A model generated the notes under the pieces. It saw nothing but the letters and a program-made list of their open reading frames with translations. It ran no database searches and had not been told where the DNA came from. The position numbers were made by a program, and so were the translations under genes. Source: Phoronis australis (taxonomy: Eukaryota > Animalia > Phoronida). From it: a stretch of 64,000 bases of DNA. Below, piece after piece: positions 27,572 through 40,880 of the stretch. Every line of letters begins with the position of its first letter. The first letter of the stretch is position 1. The stretch lies in the NCBI GenBank assembly GCA_002633005.1, contig NMRA01000394.1, positions 124,001-188,000 on the forward strand. The letters run 5' to 3'.

Positions 27572-28279
27572 TTAAACTAAATGAGAATGCTATGTGAACA
27601 CCATCTATGCTACACAAAGTCCAGTTGAATCGATTGACAACTTTTACATGTGAAAAACAAAAATTCAGCAAATAGGTGACCTTTGCACTAATGAGGATTG
27701 TTGAGGAAAGTGGTTGGGCTTAGGTACTGGTGGATAAAGGTAGTGATGCTTCATAAACTTGTATGGTAGGGGGGTGGCTTGAGAAGTGAGTGAGGACAGA
27801 GCTGGCTAAAGGATTGTTAAGGGTTGGAACATGGATTATGTGAGAAAGGGGCGTCTCTTGAGAAATAGCTGAAATACCAAAGCCTGTGTCAACGAAAGTG
27901 AAAGTTGTAACATGCTGGTCCCCAGAGTTGGTTGACATTTTTTCATTGTTTTTTCATCTCATTACCACCACTGCAAAACACTTACTGGACACAGTTGAGT
28001 GATTTATGGCAGACCATACTTGACACAAAAATCGTTCTTAAAACACTTGGCAATTTTCAACATATTCAGTATTAACATTGTTGTGTTCCTAACTACTGAC
28101 CAAGCAAACAGAGATAAGGAATTAGTGTGCAAGTTCCGGTTTAAAACACATCCCACTTTCCTTGGGATCTCAACCACCAGATAACTTTGCATGGTGTACT
28201 TGATGGCACATCCGACCACTCCAAACTATACAGAATCAAATATTACACCCAGTCCTCTAATGCTAATGATGACTGATCA

Positions 28280-31200
28280 TTACTGTTCATCTTCACTTTC
28301 AATTTCACTGTCTGAGCTTGATGTTACGTCTTCATCACTGCCTTCTGTTAGTGATTGAATTGCATTGCGTTGCTCTCCATATACAAGTTGACATATTTGA
28401 GTTGGCATTTCACCGAGGTCCAGAACATACTGGTGGAACACAGACATCCTATCTAGGATTAATTCAATTTTCAAAGCAAAGTTTTGCCACAAGGCACAAC
28501 CAGTGGTGTCACCTTTGAACAAACAATCCACCCTATTAACAATAGCTTTGGTGTGTTCACCAATGTAGTGTTGCACAGTTGACCTCATCTCTTCCTTAAC
28601 GAGACTCATTTCCTCACGTGCTCTGCACATCATGTGAAATGCATCGAGTGCCTTCAGTTTCAACTCACGCGGAGCAATCTCAAAGTGTTGTTCATCATTT
28701 CCTTGACTTTCCCCAAGACATGACTTAATGTCAAGTGCATCTTGTAGAGTGATCTTGTGTTCACTTTCTACGTTGTTGTAGCGCCTAACCAGTCTGGAGA
28801 CATGGTTAGTGCATTTAGTAATTTGCTTGGCCAATCTGTTAGCAATTGCCTGGCCATCTGTAAATAACAAAATAAAATTGTAATTATTATAACAAGAACT
28901 CCTCCTGACGCACTGACATGCCCCAGAATATCACAAAATCAGGTGAAAACTACTAAATAACTTTTATGACAGACACATAACAATTGCAAATGCTGAAAAG
29001 TCACAATTCTGCAAACGAGAAAATCGGTATTTTCAACAAGTCAACACCAACAGTTCTTAAGGGCTGTAGACATCTTGGTTTTACCATGCAGACGTATTTG
29101 ATGCAATCAATGATATTTTACCATTGGCAAACTTTTGCTGAAAATAACTTCCTGACTGTAACATAAGAATGAATCATGAATTGCATTACCCACAACCACA
29201 TTCTAAAGTCGCATATTTTTATCTGTCCCGTAGGACTAATGATAGAAAAATGCGTCATTGACATTTTCCCAGAAAAAAATGGAATTCAGACTTGGCATTA
29301 CTGCATCTCCCAACTATTAATTTACAACTCACTCGAATAATTTCTTTTCAAATTGATGAGGTAGAGACGTTCACTGGACACTTTTCTGATCTCGTCAAGC
29401 ACCTGTTCCTTCGATCCATATTTCACTGAAAGATAATATGTATTGAAAATGATCAGCACAAACCAATGAGAGAAACACTGATGCAATCACTGTCTCGTTT
29501 TTGAAGTGATGATGAATGTAAGCACAGCAAATTCTCCAGACTATTAGTTTAGATAAGCAGTCAACCATGCCTGTTTCTTGACTGAAGCAATCACATGTAA
29601 TTCAAGAATGGAGAGTACATTCACACCAAAACAACAGGATCAAAAACACAACATGATGTTACCTTTTACCCAAATTATCAATCAATTTGCTTTCTGTAAC
29701 TTTTAATGATGCTTTTTCATGATTTGGTACATGTCCTCAAATAGGCACGTTCTTTATTTTGAGGCTTTACGATACTCAGATTTCACACTCCTGAGTTTGC
29801 CATGTTCTCATTTGAAAAACTTTACTATTGGCAGTTGTGGAAATCACCTGCCAATTACCACTAATTCCGTGAAACTACGGAGCAAACATTTAACATATCA
29901 AAGCCAATTATCTACTAACTGAATTCATCTGCTAACAGGAAATTTGTGCTACCTTGGGAACTTTGCTTCCGTGAGTATTCATCTCTCAAGTTTTCACTCC
30001 AAACTGTCAATACCTCTTCAGAAATTTGTCCTGGAATGAAGAAACAACATAACGTCATCTAGGGTCTGTTTGTTTGAAAATCCAAAGGAAGCAAGAGGTT
30101 GGAAAATATAATTCCAGAGTGTGCCACTCAACTTGCTGTCAAAGACATGCATCCTTGCCAATTTGAAAAGCTTTACAAGTCTGCATAAGCTTATACAAAA
30201 CCAGCTGTTCATAGCTGTATAATATATAACAACATTTAGTCACTTACCAGGTAGCATTTCACAAACGCTGCCCAATTCATTCTGGTAGTGATTAAAAGTT
30301 GCTTCAGCCTTCTCCATTTTGGTGGTCAGAGTTTTGGCTGAAATGAGAACAAAGAAATTTATGAACCATTCAGAAACAGTTTACACTGGTGTGTAAAGAT
30401 GCTGAATCAATTATTTTGCACACATCCAAACTTAAAAGCTTTAGTATACAGTAGTTCATTATCTGCTACATTAGCAAAAATTATCTATCCTGGCATGGAA
30501 GTCAAAGCCCCGATACCCCAATAACTGAGATCACTAAGAATGAGCATGCAAAATGCAGTGGCAGAGACATGTTTTTAGCTAAATACAAACTAATATGACT
30601 GCTTTCATACTTGTCATGAGTGTGAATGTATTTGTGTATGTATGTATGTATCTATCAATAATGCATCCCCACATTGCTTCAATAAGATCTTACCAAATCT
30701 AGACTTTAAGCGTTCTCCATAATGCAGAAGGGCATCTACAAGCAGATCTTGTCGGTGGCTTGCTGTCATTTCTTTCGTTATTCTAGAAAACCTCCGCAGG
30801 AAAGACCACAAGCGTTCTATAGCTTCACCATCTGTCAAGCCAAATGATTGTAGTTTCCTTGGATTATACAGGACCTATAGCATAAATGTTAAAAGTATGA
30901 TTTATCAAAATTGACAATGTTAGCATTTTGTTGATGCACATTTGAACCGGACAAAGCATGACCTTTAGGCTGGCAAGTCTCCCAGTCATAGCATAAATTA
31001 AGGCTACAATAACAGACTGAAGATGATCCGTTTTTGTTTTCAGTGAACTGACCATGTACAAAACACACTTCATACTTGACACGCTGCTTTGTGGCCATAT
31101 GCATGAAACACGGGAATTCCCAGGTCTATCTTTTCCAACAGTGAGCTGTTATTCTTCTTCTGCAAAGAAAAGAAAGGAATATTTACTTATCAAACCACTA

Positions 31201-34200
31201 ATTTGTTGAACAATCATGTTGATAAAAGTATTCCAATCACAACTTTTATTTTTAACTTTCCACTTGATATGTGTACCTCTGTCTCACATCAAAATGTCCA
31301 TTTGAAAATGTTGCAGGAGTGCGTAAGAAAATATTTGAGGTTATATCTTCACTTAATTGCAAACAAAAAACTGTTGTTGCCAACAGGTACACTTTGTTTA
31401 TGGCCAATCAGTCAATGAAATGAAATACAGTACTTAAGTTTTTCCGCACTTCGAAGTCCTATTGTTTGCCAATGCACAAATACTACAGAGCAAATACAAG
31501 CGCCAATAGTATCATTTTAAAGTTATGCACATTTAATTCATTGTTATGTCACAAAAATGTGAGTTCAAACATCTCAGAAAGCAAAATGAGATTCACGTAC
31601 AGGATACGAGACAAAATTCTCTCCTCTAGTCAACATTCAACTAAGTTCGGACGCAACCAAATATCATTTGCATGATAAAGCTACACAGAGCTGTGATAGA
31701 ATGTTACAACACTTTCACTTAAAAACAAACACAGCAAGTTTTCAAATGACGCCAGTGGAACATTTTGAGAAAGGGTTATAAAGAATAGTAATTTTAAAAC
31801 TGCTAACCAATGAAGGCTTCGAGAAATAAACATATCAAAATTTGTAACCATTGCCCAAAACATTTATTAGATAAAATACAAACCATTTAGAACATGCATG
31901 CTGCTCTCAAGCCACCATTTGAAAATTATTGTATTCGATCAATTTCATCACGTCTGCTTCATAAGAAAATACTATCCAGAAATTACAATTCCGCATTTGA
32001 CAGTAGGAGTTACAACACTTTTCTCAAATATAATTTGTTTTGTGTTGAACAAAATTTTGAGGGCTACACGCATTTTCAGCCAAAAATCCATAATTGCTAT
32101 ACCTTCAAATGTTTCTCCAACATGCATGCAATGTCATACAGAATATTGCACTTGGACTTGCGATCAGTAGTAATCTCTTCCAGTAGTTTAACAGCATATG
32201 CCAACCTAAAAACATTCGATAACATTGGAAGCTGGTCATTAACAAGATTGGACTTAGCCAAAAAGCATAGCCCAAAATCTTCCTTCAGCACACTAAATCA
32301 TACTTTGACAATCCTATAGGCGAACATTGAAAAATCTTGCAGGAATTAGAGTGAAATCTCTTGAGACTTTCCTAACCACCAAACAAGTGCCAAGGAGGAT
32401 GAAGGTGGTTCTGCACTGCTTGTTATAAACCATACTTTGAATTAGGAATTTCCTGGGAATTAAGATGGTGTATTTTGCCTGACACATGGGGAAAAAGTGT
32501 AAAAACAACCACCATGAAGACGCTTCTCATATACTGTTTATTTGAATTTTAGCTGTCTCATTCATAAACTCAGGTGTAGCACCACTAAGCATGATTACCT
32601 TTCACCATGCATCAGGCTTAGAAACTTCTGAGGAAATTCATGTCTGCAAACAGATCCAAAAATACCCTTTTCCGACAACTTTGCAGTTCTTCCCTTTGAC
32701 CTCAGCATATTTCCAGCTTTGAAGTCACTACAGTCCTGAAATTATTAAGTAGATATCAAACTGATCCATGATAGAACTCTCATAAAGCATTTGATCTTTG
32801 ACTACCTAATGAAAGTGAACTGTTTTCCTGATGTATGCATGGTGAACATGGGGCCAACTGAAGCATGAAGTGGTACAAAATATTGCAAAAAATGTTCCCC
32901 GCCCCAACCTTTAAAGTTACTGGTCCCTAAGTCAGGATAAATGATAGCTGGGTAATTTCCTGGTTACAATAATCGTCTCGTGTCTATTAAATCTTTATAG
33001 TGGGTATCCCTACCACTAAATACTTGTTGGGAAGCATTAGGTCCTTTGCTTTGTAAGTGCAGAATGTCAGCTTTGCCTCATTTTGTGATGTTTGAATACT
33101 ATTCAGAATTCAGTGGAAAACAAAGAAAATCTCTGCACATTATGAGTATTATTAGTTAAAAGTTAACTTGATAAGAAAGTAATGCCAATCTAAGAATTTT
33201 TCACCTGCTCAGCAAGAACATTGTCGCCACTGTACTGGTCCACATACTCATTCACCTCGCCTTGATTGATGAAGAATCTAGATCCGTGTTTTGGTGATAA
33301 ATTGCTGACACCAGCGGAGACTTTACGCACAAGTCCAAAATTTGCATCAATTGAAAACATTGCTTTAAACTCTTCATTCTGAAACATGGAAATTATAATA
33401 TGGACAGAAGTTGTGTGTTGAGAATTCATCCAACATGTGTGGAACCATGTGAACACAGCCATGTACTGCAAATTTTGGCGTGAAATATGTTCTCCCATGC
33501 TTTATTTTGAATATATTCACATCTTTTCAGTTTAATGAGACTGTTACTCAGATGGGGACTCAATAAGCCACAGCCTCAGCTGTCACAAATCTTACCTTTG
33601 GGCAAACAGGACAAACTGTACCATCATCGAGATGAACGCCATCATTTTGAGGGTATCTCAAATTGTACGAGAAAAAGCGGTACTCCTCAAAGGTTTCTCT
33701 AGAGAGAGACTTGCCTATATCATTAACCTGGAACAATATGCAAAACAAAGTTGATGCAAAAGCTAAAATCCACATCTCAAGTTCCAAAACTGGAAAATAT
33801 TGTTTTTATAACAAACAGAACAATCAGTGACAGAAAAATGATATGGTAATGTACTCAATACTTTATAAAAATGGCTAACTTTGAAACACAGTATCTCAAA
33901 AATGACAGATGAAATTCACTGTATGCTTTCCAAAACACTATTTGGAATAATCAAAATGTTTCACTTTTATGAGAAGCAATAAAAAATTAGGACTTTTAAC
34001 ACACGGTCATTTGACCCACCTATCGACCGATTGGTATCAAGTCTAAACTTGTGGGGCGAAAGGGGTTTACAAGGGAAAACCTTGTCACTGGAATCTGAGA
34101 AGTCATTTAGTTTGTTCATTTCATCCATGGCTGCTTTAAAATGAAGACAATCTTGACCCTTTTAATATTTAAACTATTTCCAAAGTAATAAATAACATGT

Positions 34201-36534
34201 ATTCTTAATTTGTATGAAGCTCAACTAATAATACACACTTTATTACCTAGTTTAATGCTTATAGTTATTTATCAACCAGCTTGATATATCATTCTTCACT
34301 AAGAAAATGGGAAAAAAATCTGACTTTTAGACTGCCTACCAATTTCAATGGCAGATCAGACTGTGCTCCTAAGATATTCAACACGGCTGCAAATCCAGAC
34401 ACAGAGATCTGACATTCCATCATAAGCACCCGCAGCATCTCCATACACTGAAGCGTGAATGCAACCTGAGGAGATTTTGGAGACGCTGGCCACAAACCAT
34501 ATCGTACAAAAGTAGCCACGGCTTCTTCACAGTCACAAAGAGGGATTTGCCTGGAGTGGTGTCGACCTAAAACATTATCAAAGCAGCAATGATCACTTCA
34601 GCAATAGGTGAACACGATATGGTAATAGTCTGATACAGGGATCAGCATAACTGGCATCAAACAGGTTCTCATGATACACGAAAGAAGAAATCATGTTACC
34701 AAGCTTTTGTATGTATCAGTCCTTCACTAGCAAAGGCCTTAGTTCTGAATTGATTAAGGGCTGCCATTGTGTACAGAACCGAGGTGGATATATTAAGCCG
34801 GACACCTTCCAAAAGATATTTAAAAGGCTGTACATGGAAAACTTTGGGGTAGACATTAGGTCATTACCAGGTGGATTTATTAACACCATACAATTCAATG
34901 TACCAAGAATTGTTAAAATGTAATACTTGTCTTTTAAAAACTACTCTTACCACTAATGTCTATGATGGTGACATAAGTGAATCTGATAGTCGTACACTGA
35001 TGACTTTCAGGAAACTTGTCCAAGGTGCCACCACCCAACTCAGCATAAGAAGAATGCTGAAACAAGAATTATTATACAAAAGTCCACTTGAGTTAAACAG
35101 TTCTTCATTTGGTGAGAAGTAATTCGGCTATGTTAACAGTCGTAGCAGGTTTTCAAGGTGGACATCAGAAAATTCAGGCTTTTTTAATTGCAATCTGTAA
35201 ATCATCAGTTCTTGTACAAGGCTGCCAACCCATTAAGCACACTAAAACTGTAACATATAGTATGTTAAAAATCCATAATTTGCAAGTGAAAATCGGTGAG
35301 TAGTGATTTCTAGGAAATAAATATGTGGATTACGGAAAACTATGCAACATTTGGCAGCTCTAATTTTAACAAAATGCACAGTGACAGAGATGACTTCACT
35401 GAATGGTTTCCTATGACGTGTGTAATTGTTCAAATTAGGTTACTGATAATTTAACAAATTTGTTCAACAAACACTAACTTACTACTTAAGGTCACGGATC
35501 ACAAATATAATAAAACTCACAAGCCTGCCACAGATTTCGCCCCCCATATAAAAAACACTATCAATTAACTGTTGAACATCACTAGAAACCCCACAATGGA
35601 GATATATTTTGTTATTCGCGGGACTATGATACTCAAAACTAGAAATTTTATTGTGTTTAAAGCAGTTTCTACTTTTCACTGATTGAAATTTTTATACATG
35701 TGTACATACACACTTGGGCACACATATGTATACGTTACCTGCGACACCCAGCGTAAAGGTGCATGGAGGACCTGATATTCATGAACTTCGTCGCTACATT
35801 TCAAACAAAAGTAAGATGTGTAGGAGCAATCTTTACACCATATGATATCAGTAACCTCCTTCTTGCACTTTATGCAGGTAGATGACAACGGTACATTTGT
35901 AACCTTTGTGTACATATTGCACATTATGTTTCTGACATCTGACCATGCTTGCTGTAGCCTAGTACATGATTGTTGGTATGATGTTGTCATCAAGTTTTCT
36001 GTAAGAAGGATGATTGTAAATTTCATAGAGCAGCACATGCCCTGTAAGAACAAAAGAAAAGTAAAATAAAATCAAAGTTTGTTTGACAACAGTTTTTCTA
36101 TCAATATGAAACATAGTTGCCATCATCTGATGACCTCAAAGCAGGACAGTGTGCTGAGAATTTTTTATTTTTCAACAAACCTCTCACAATCGTAAATTAT
36201 AACACAGGACACAGCTCAAACTAAATAAAGATAGACCCTGTAACAGTGAAACTGCCCAGCTCAAACTAAGTCGCTTGGCAAGCATGAAAAAATATATTGG
36301 TATCATTTTCCAAGTGCATTGTGGCACTCATGATGTTTCCTGCTTACCATTGGTAAGTAATGTGGTGGATGAGACTGTCTCTACACCAACCATTGGGGGA
36401 TGTGATTCCTCCACGGGACCTCGACTTCTGGTTTTGGCAGGAGTAGGAGAAATTCTCAGGGTGACTTTTCGCATCTTTCCATTACTCTGAGGTCTGCGCA
36501 CTTTAAAACAAGGTTTTTTCCTTTTTCTTAACAT
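28280..36534 (-). CDS. KDZ (Kyakuja-Dileera-Zisupton) superfamily transposase with N-terminal Cys/His cluster and CxC1-like domain, 14 exons, ~809 aa
   Basis: Exons 36348-36534, 35739-35998, 34951-35056, 34340-34566, 33596-33727, 33205-33378, 32599-32735, 32103-32205, 31076-31159, 30694-30874, 30248-30337, 29953-30030, 29333-29425, 28280-28857. All are GT-AG and phase-compatible, totalling 2430 nt. Motifs: CIKC..CKDC..CLKC..H..LH; CDC..GLWPASPKSPQVAF; CPVCPK; SIDANF (D1); GSVCRH..HGER; YDIAC (D2); PVFHAYGH..CQ; GLTDGEAIERLWS (E). Confidence 0.93.
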
Positions 36535-37865
36535 CTTACATAGATTCTGAAAAATAATTCCACAGAGTAAGCACACACCAGGCCATAAAGATTAATTTAA
36601 ACATCTCTCAAACATAATTCATTGTTTCAATGATCGAGACTACACCATTCTTTAGACACTTTTGTTCTTTCCAAAATATACACCATTGTCCTCAGCATGA
36701 AAGGGACACAACCATGCCTTAATTGTCCAGGAGCCGCATAGGGGTGACTTAATTGGTACTTCAAAGGATCTTTAGTCTGAAACAACAAAAGGGAATTCTT
36801 TTTTCTGATGTACTCTAAAAGCGCCTGCAACTCATAGCAGTGGGCATTCTCTTAAATTGCTAGCATCAGTCGAGTAGACTGAAAAACACCCACTATTCAG
36901 TGAAAAAATGGTCCTGCAATAAAAATCACAAACAAGAGAATTCAATGTTTATTGAAATTTTCAAGCCAAGTATTTGTTAAAGACATGGACGAACCTCTCA
37001 AGGTGTCCCTCTACGAAAGAAAGATATCGAATGCAATGTCTATTTGCTGAAATGCTTCCATGAATGCGGCATATGTCAGAATGTGATGTGCAGTACCATT
37101 TGGCAAAAAGAGAAAGGTGCTTCATGGTACCCTTATTAGTTTTTCTCATTTTCTAACAGTCAGAGTTAAAGAGAGCAAGAGAAATAATGTATAAGGTGGA
37201 TACAAAAAGTAGACAGTTACCACCTTCTGAACTCAGGGCCAGCACAATAAGCTCTAGTACAGCTTTGCGCAGAAGCGGGTAAAAAAACTGACCAGAAAAA
37301 ATATGACACCAAATTAGCGTCATCAAATAATTTTTCACTTATTTGAGTAAATAAAATTATTTCCTGGTTTTGGAAAAATTGGTGTTCTACCATTATTCTG
37401 CTGTTAAAGTTGTGGAGGGATTTTCTGTGTCGGCTTTTGGCGCCATGAAATATTGTGTTACCTATTGGCCAGTTTCTTTTGCGGCGATTCTTCAATCAAC
37501 TGTTTTTCTTTCATGAGGTTATGTACACGTCACCACAAACTGGTTTCACACCATTTTAAGTTTTTAGAATTTTGATACCAGCAAACCCAATTCCAGAAGA
37601 AATTTAGCTGCTGCCAAGCTATCATTATCTCCCAAGAGATGTTGCAAATAATTAGGAAATGGCACGTGTGCATGTCACGAGGGTATTGCTTTCAAAATGA
37701 GGACATAACTTTTNAGTCACGACTGTCGAACGTCGGTCACCGTTTGGCTATAAGGCTCTAACGGTTAAGCACATGCTACAAATTTATAAAATTCGCAGGC
37801 TGAAAGCCGTAACGGCAACCTTTTCCGTTACGGCTTAGACCTTGTTACGGAGTATGGATCGGGTG

Positions 37866-38096
37866 GTACTGTTGAGGGCTGATTAAAGTTGCCTGTGGTC
37901 CAATTGACCCAAAACCACCCGACCGTCAGCTCGCGCAAGGTACTCGTTTGCAGACAATAGGGCGGTCCTGGATTACACAGAGACACTCGAATCTCTCCAC
38001 AAGCATCTGTCACGCACATTTGGTGCCTCGTTTTTGTGGCACTGGAGTTTCACAGGTTATTTGTTGTTTTTCTTGGTTACATTAATCTGTTCGTCT
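37866..38096 (+). repeat. 231-bp direct duplication, copy 2
   Basis: Same sequence as 12031-12261. The upstream neighbours differ (tttagt vs cgggtg). Confidence 0.95.
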
Positions 38097-40880
38097 TCCA
38101 GTGGTAACGACATATTACTGCTTTTTTGTGGACTGCAACTCCGACTTGAAAAAAATTCGATAAACTGTACAAATACCCGAGGATGCGTGATCTGAAATTC
38201 TTCCCCTTCACGTCACTAATGAGAGACATAAAAATGTGCATGATTTCCAAAATGAGGTCAAGGGCTTTCTTCAAGGGAGAGTTCTATCGCCGTGTAATCC
38301 GTGGACGGCACTCCATTGCGGTCATCTATTTGCCAGAAAACCTTGTGGGTTACAACTTACAGACAACCGCACACAGAAAAGGAAACTTGAAAACTTTTCC
38401 AACTTTAACACATTAACTGATAAGTAGCTTAGTTGGATAAACTGTGAATTGAGATTTAAAATCTCTAGTTTGGGGACAAAGAAAAATTATTTTTTTTTGC
38501 TTGGTGTCCAATCTTCTCCCAAATTTTTGAAATTTACAATATTGGTACACAAAGGCAGCAGTCGGTGCCAACCTGAAAGCGATAAGGACTGTCTGTTCTT
38601 ATGAACTTCAAACGTATTTTCAGACTCTTTTCTCAAAAGGTGCACAATGTTTGGAATTTGGGAAATATAAAAAGCTTTAAAGATTATGGTTTAAAATGCA
38701 CCTGAATACGCCTGATGAATTGACGCCTGGCGATCATTTCAGTGTTGGCTTTCATAATAAAAGAAAAACTACACCTTGTTATGTTTCACATTTTGGTAAC
38801 ACTCTTGGTTTTTTAGAATCGACTAGTGATTTTATACCCGCGAGGTATGCAAAATGATATTTACTTCTGAATGGAATTATTTATCTTTTGCTTCCAGTGT
38901 AATCATGCAGCATCAAGAACTGCTGAATAGCTTGTTAATGCTAATCGGTTGAAAAACAGGAGAGTAGTGATTAGTGACAGCATTATAACAAGAACCAAGA
39001 CCGAAATAATTGAATGAAAACACATTCCACACATGCGCAGCGCAACCTCAACAGTGTAATATCAAAGTTGACACTCCAGGAGTAGAGTTCTATTGATAAA
39101 ATGGAACATGAGGGACGGAGAAAGAAGAGCAAAAGAATTAGCAGGTAACGTCAGTGTGCATATAATGGTGACATTTTCTAGTATAGAATCAAGTCAGTTA
39201 GAATGTAAATTCGTTTTCTCTCTAGTTTTATTGTCAGAATAGTTGCAGTTGTGATTCATGTGAAGAAAATATTTGCTGAGAAGAAAAGGATAATCATATC
39301 CTTTTCAAAACGGATGATTGAGAAAGTTTCCATAAACGGAGAATTGGTGGAGAGGAAATAGTTATTATACTCTTCGTACCAGGAAACATTTCGCTGCGTT
39401 GTTTCTCTTTTGCTTACAAAGGGACAATTTTCTTGCATGTCAAACATTAGTAAAAAGGAGACTTCTCCACTTCTAGGAAGTTGATGCCACGAGTGCCTGA
39501 CCATGAGAAAGCACTTCTCACGTCTCGGGACGTTAAATACAACGCTTCTGAATTCTATTATACAGTTCCAGATTTTATCTTTATTTAGCTTCTGGTACAC
39601 AAATTTGCCATATTTGGAGACAGTTACGAAACGTCTGCATCATCCCCAAAGTAGTGGTTACACGGAGCTTCATCTGCACGAGTTCATTGCAACCTTGAAA
39701 TTGAAAACTGGCGAAAAAAGTAATAAATTCTACTAACGAGTATTATGACACAAGGGGAATACAAGCAGAAGAGTGCGGCCTGAAAATCAGCATGAGTGGG
39801 CTGACGGAGTATGCATCTTCCGCCTACAACAACTCAGAGATCGATTTTTATTTTTTCCGAAAATGCATTCAGTCGCAGTAGAATGTCAGGACTTTCCAAG
39901 TCTATCACGGTCCCGCGTGATCCTAAACGCGCTTTGGAGTCTATACTTCATGTTCAAACCTGAATCAAAGAAAAATCCGTCTCATATCTTCTAGGTTACA
40001 AGAGCGACTGGCCAATTTGACATTAATAAGCATTGAACAGGAATTTCTAACCCGAAGTATTTCAACGTTTGCCGACAAAAGATGTCGCTTGCAGAAGCAA
40101 ACTGATAACTGCGGCTGATTTGTAGTTAAATTGAATAAAGTGTCTATTTTATACTTTTTTGTTTAATTTCTTAGTACTCGGTTTCGTTCATTTTATTTGA
40201 GGGGGAACTATCGTCCTGAGAATCACGCTACTGCCTAAACGAAAATAAAATAAACATTGTATATTTGAGTGTACCCTAAGTTAGATTTAATAAGCACATT
40301 TTAGCATTTAGCTACAAGCAATTTCAATGGCACAATAAAGTACACTTCAATGATGTATTAATCCCGGCGTGCTTTCCGTCAAAAATTGATTTAGACGACT
40401 TTCGGTTATGAAATTAAGGTATTGTATTCCTTACTTATCTAAGAATTGATCTCTTGGCATGATCATCAAGTGTCAGCTTACGCCGTGACACATGTAAATA
40501 TATGCCGCTGCAACATACATGTTTATCTATGGAGACATTTCAAACGCTGTCACGTACATTTGGTGATAAGAAGAGTTTAATTGATGCGTAAGATTTCCTG
40601 AAAACAGCTTAGACAATATATGCAGTGCGTTTACGTTACCTTTGCATACCATGTAAAGAGACCGAAATGTTGCCGTATTCAAACTTGGTATTGAACTTCG
40701 TTTACGAGCCTTTAAAAGCGAAGGTGACCAAAGATAATGCCTTTTTGGTTACAGTGCAATGTTTTGATAAGCCCAAATTAATTTCCACTGAAGTGAGTCA
40801 AACCCCCGTGATCTATCGTACATGCGTCAATCTGGAACTGACGACCGTGGTCCAAATCGTTCCCAGTCAGACACATGCAC

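Larger units (their letters stand above)
12263..37865. mobile_element. Large (~25.6 kb or more) two-gene KDZ DNA transposon; left terminus probably lost in the gap at 12262
   Basis: Contains the KDZ transposase and a convergent partner gene. It is bounded by a duplicated flank (12031-12261 = 37866-38096). The candidate right end reads ...GTATGGATCGGGTG at 37865, with a subterminal hairpin. There is an internal N join at 37714. Confidence 0.7.

Noticed and set aside
35482-35679. Extra transposase exon with plausible splice sites
   Set aside because: Its entry phase is incompatible with the phase-0 junction 35739/35056, which already gives a sensible protein.
12263-37865. TET/JBP dioxygenase cargo as in fungal KDZ elements
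   Set aside because: No HxD...H 2OG-Fe(II) coding exons were recognised. The 23.3-28.2 kb spacer gave no convincing spliced ORF by eye.
12031-38096. LTR retrotransposon interpretation of the direct repeats
   Set aside because: No gag, RT or integrase, no TG...CA ends or PBS/PPT were seen, and copy 1 is cut by a gap.
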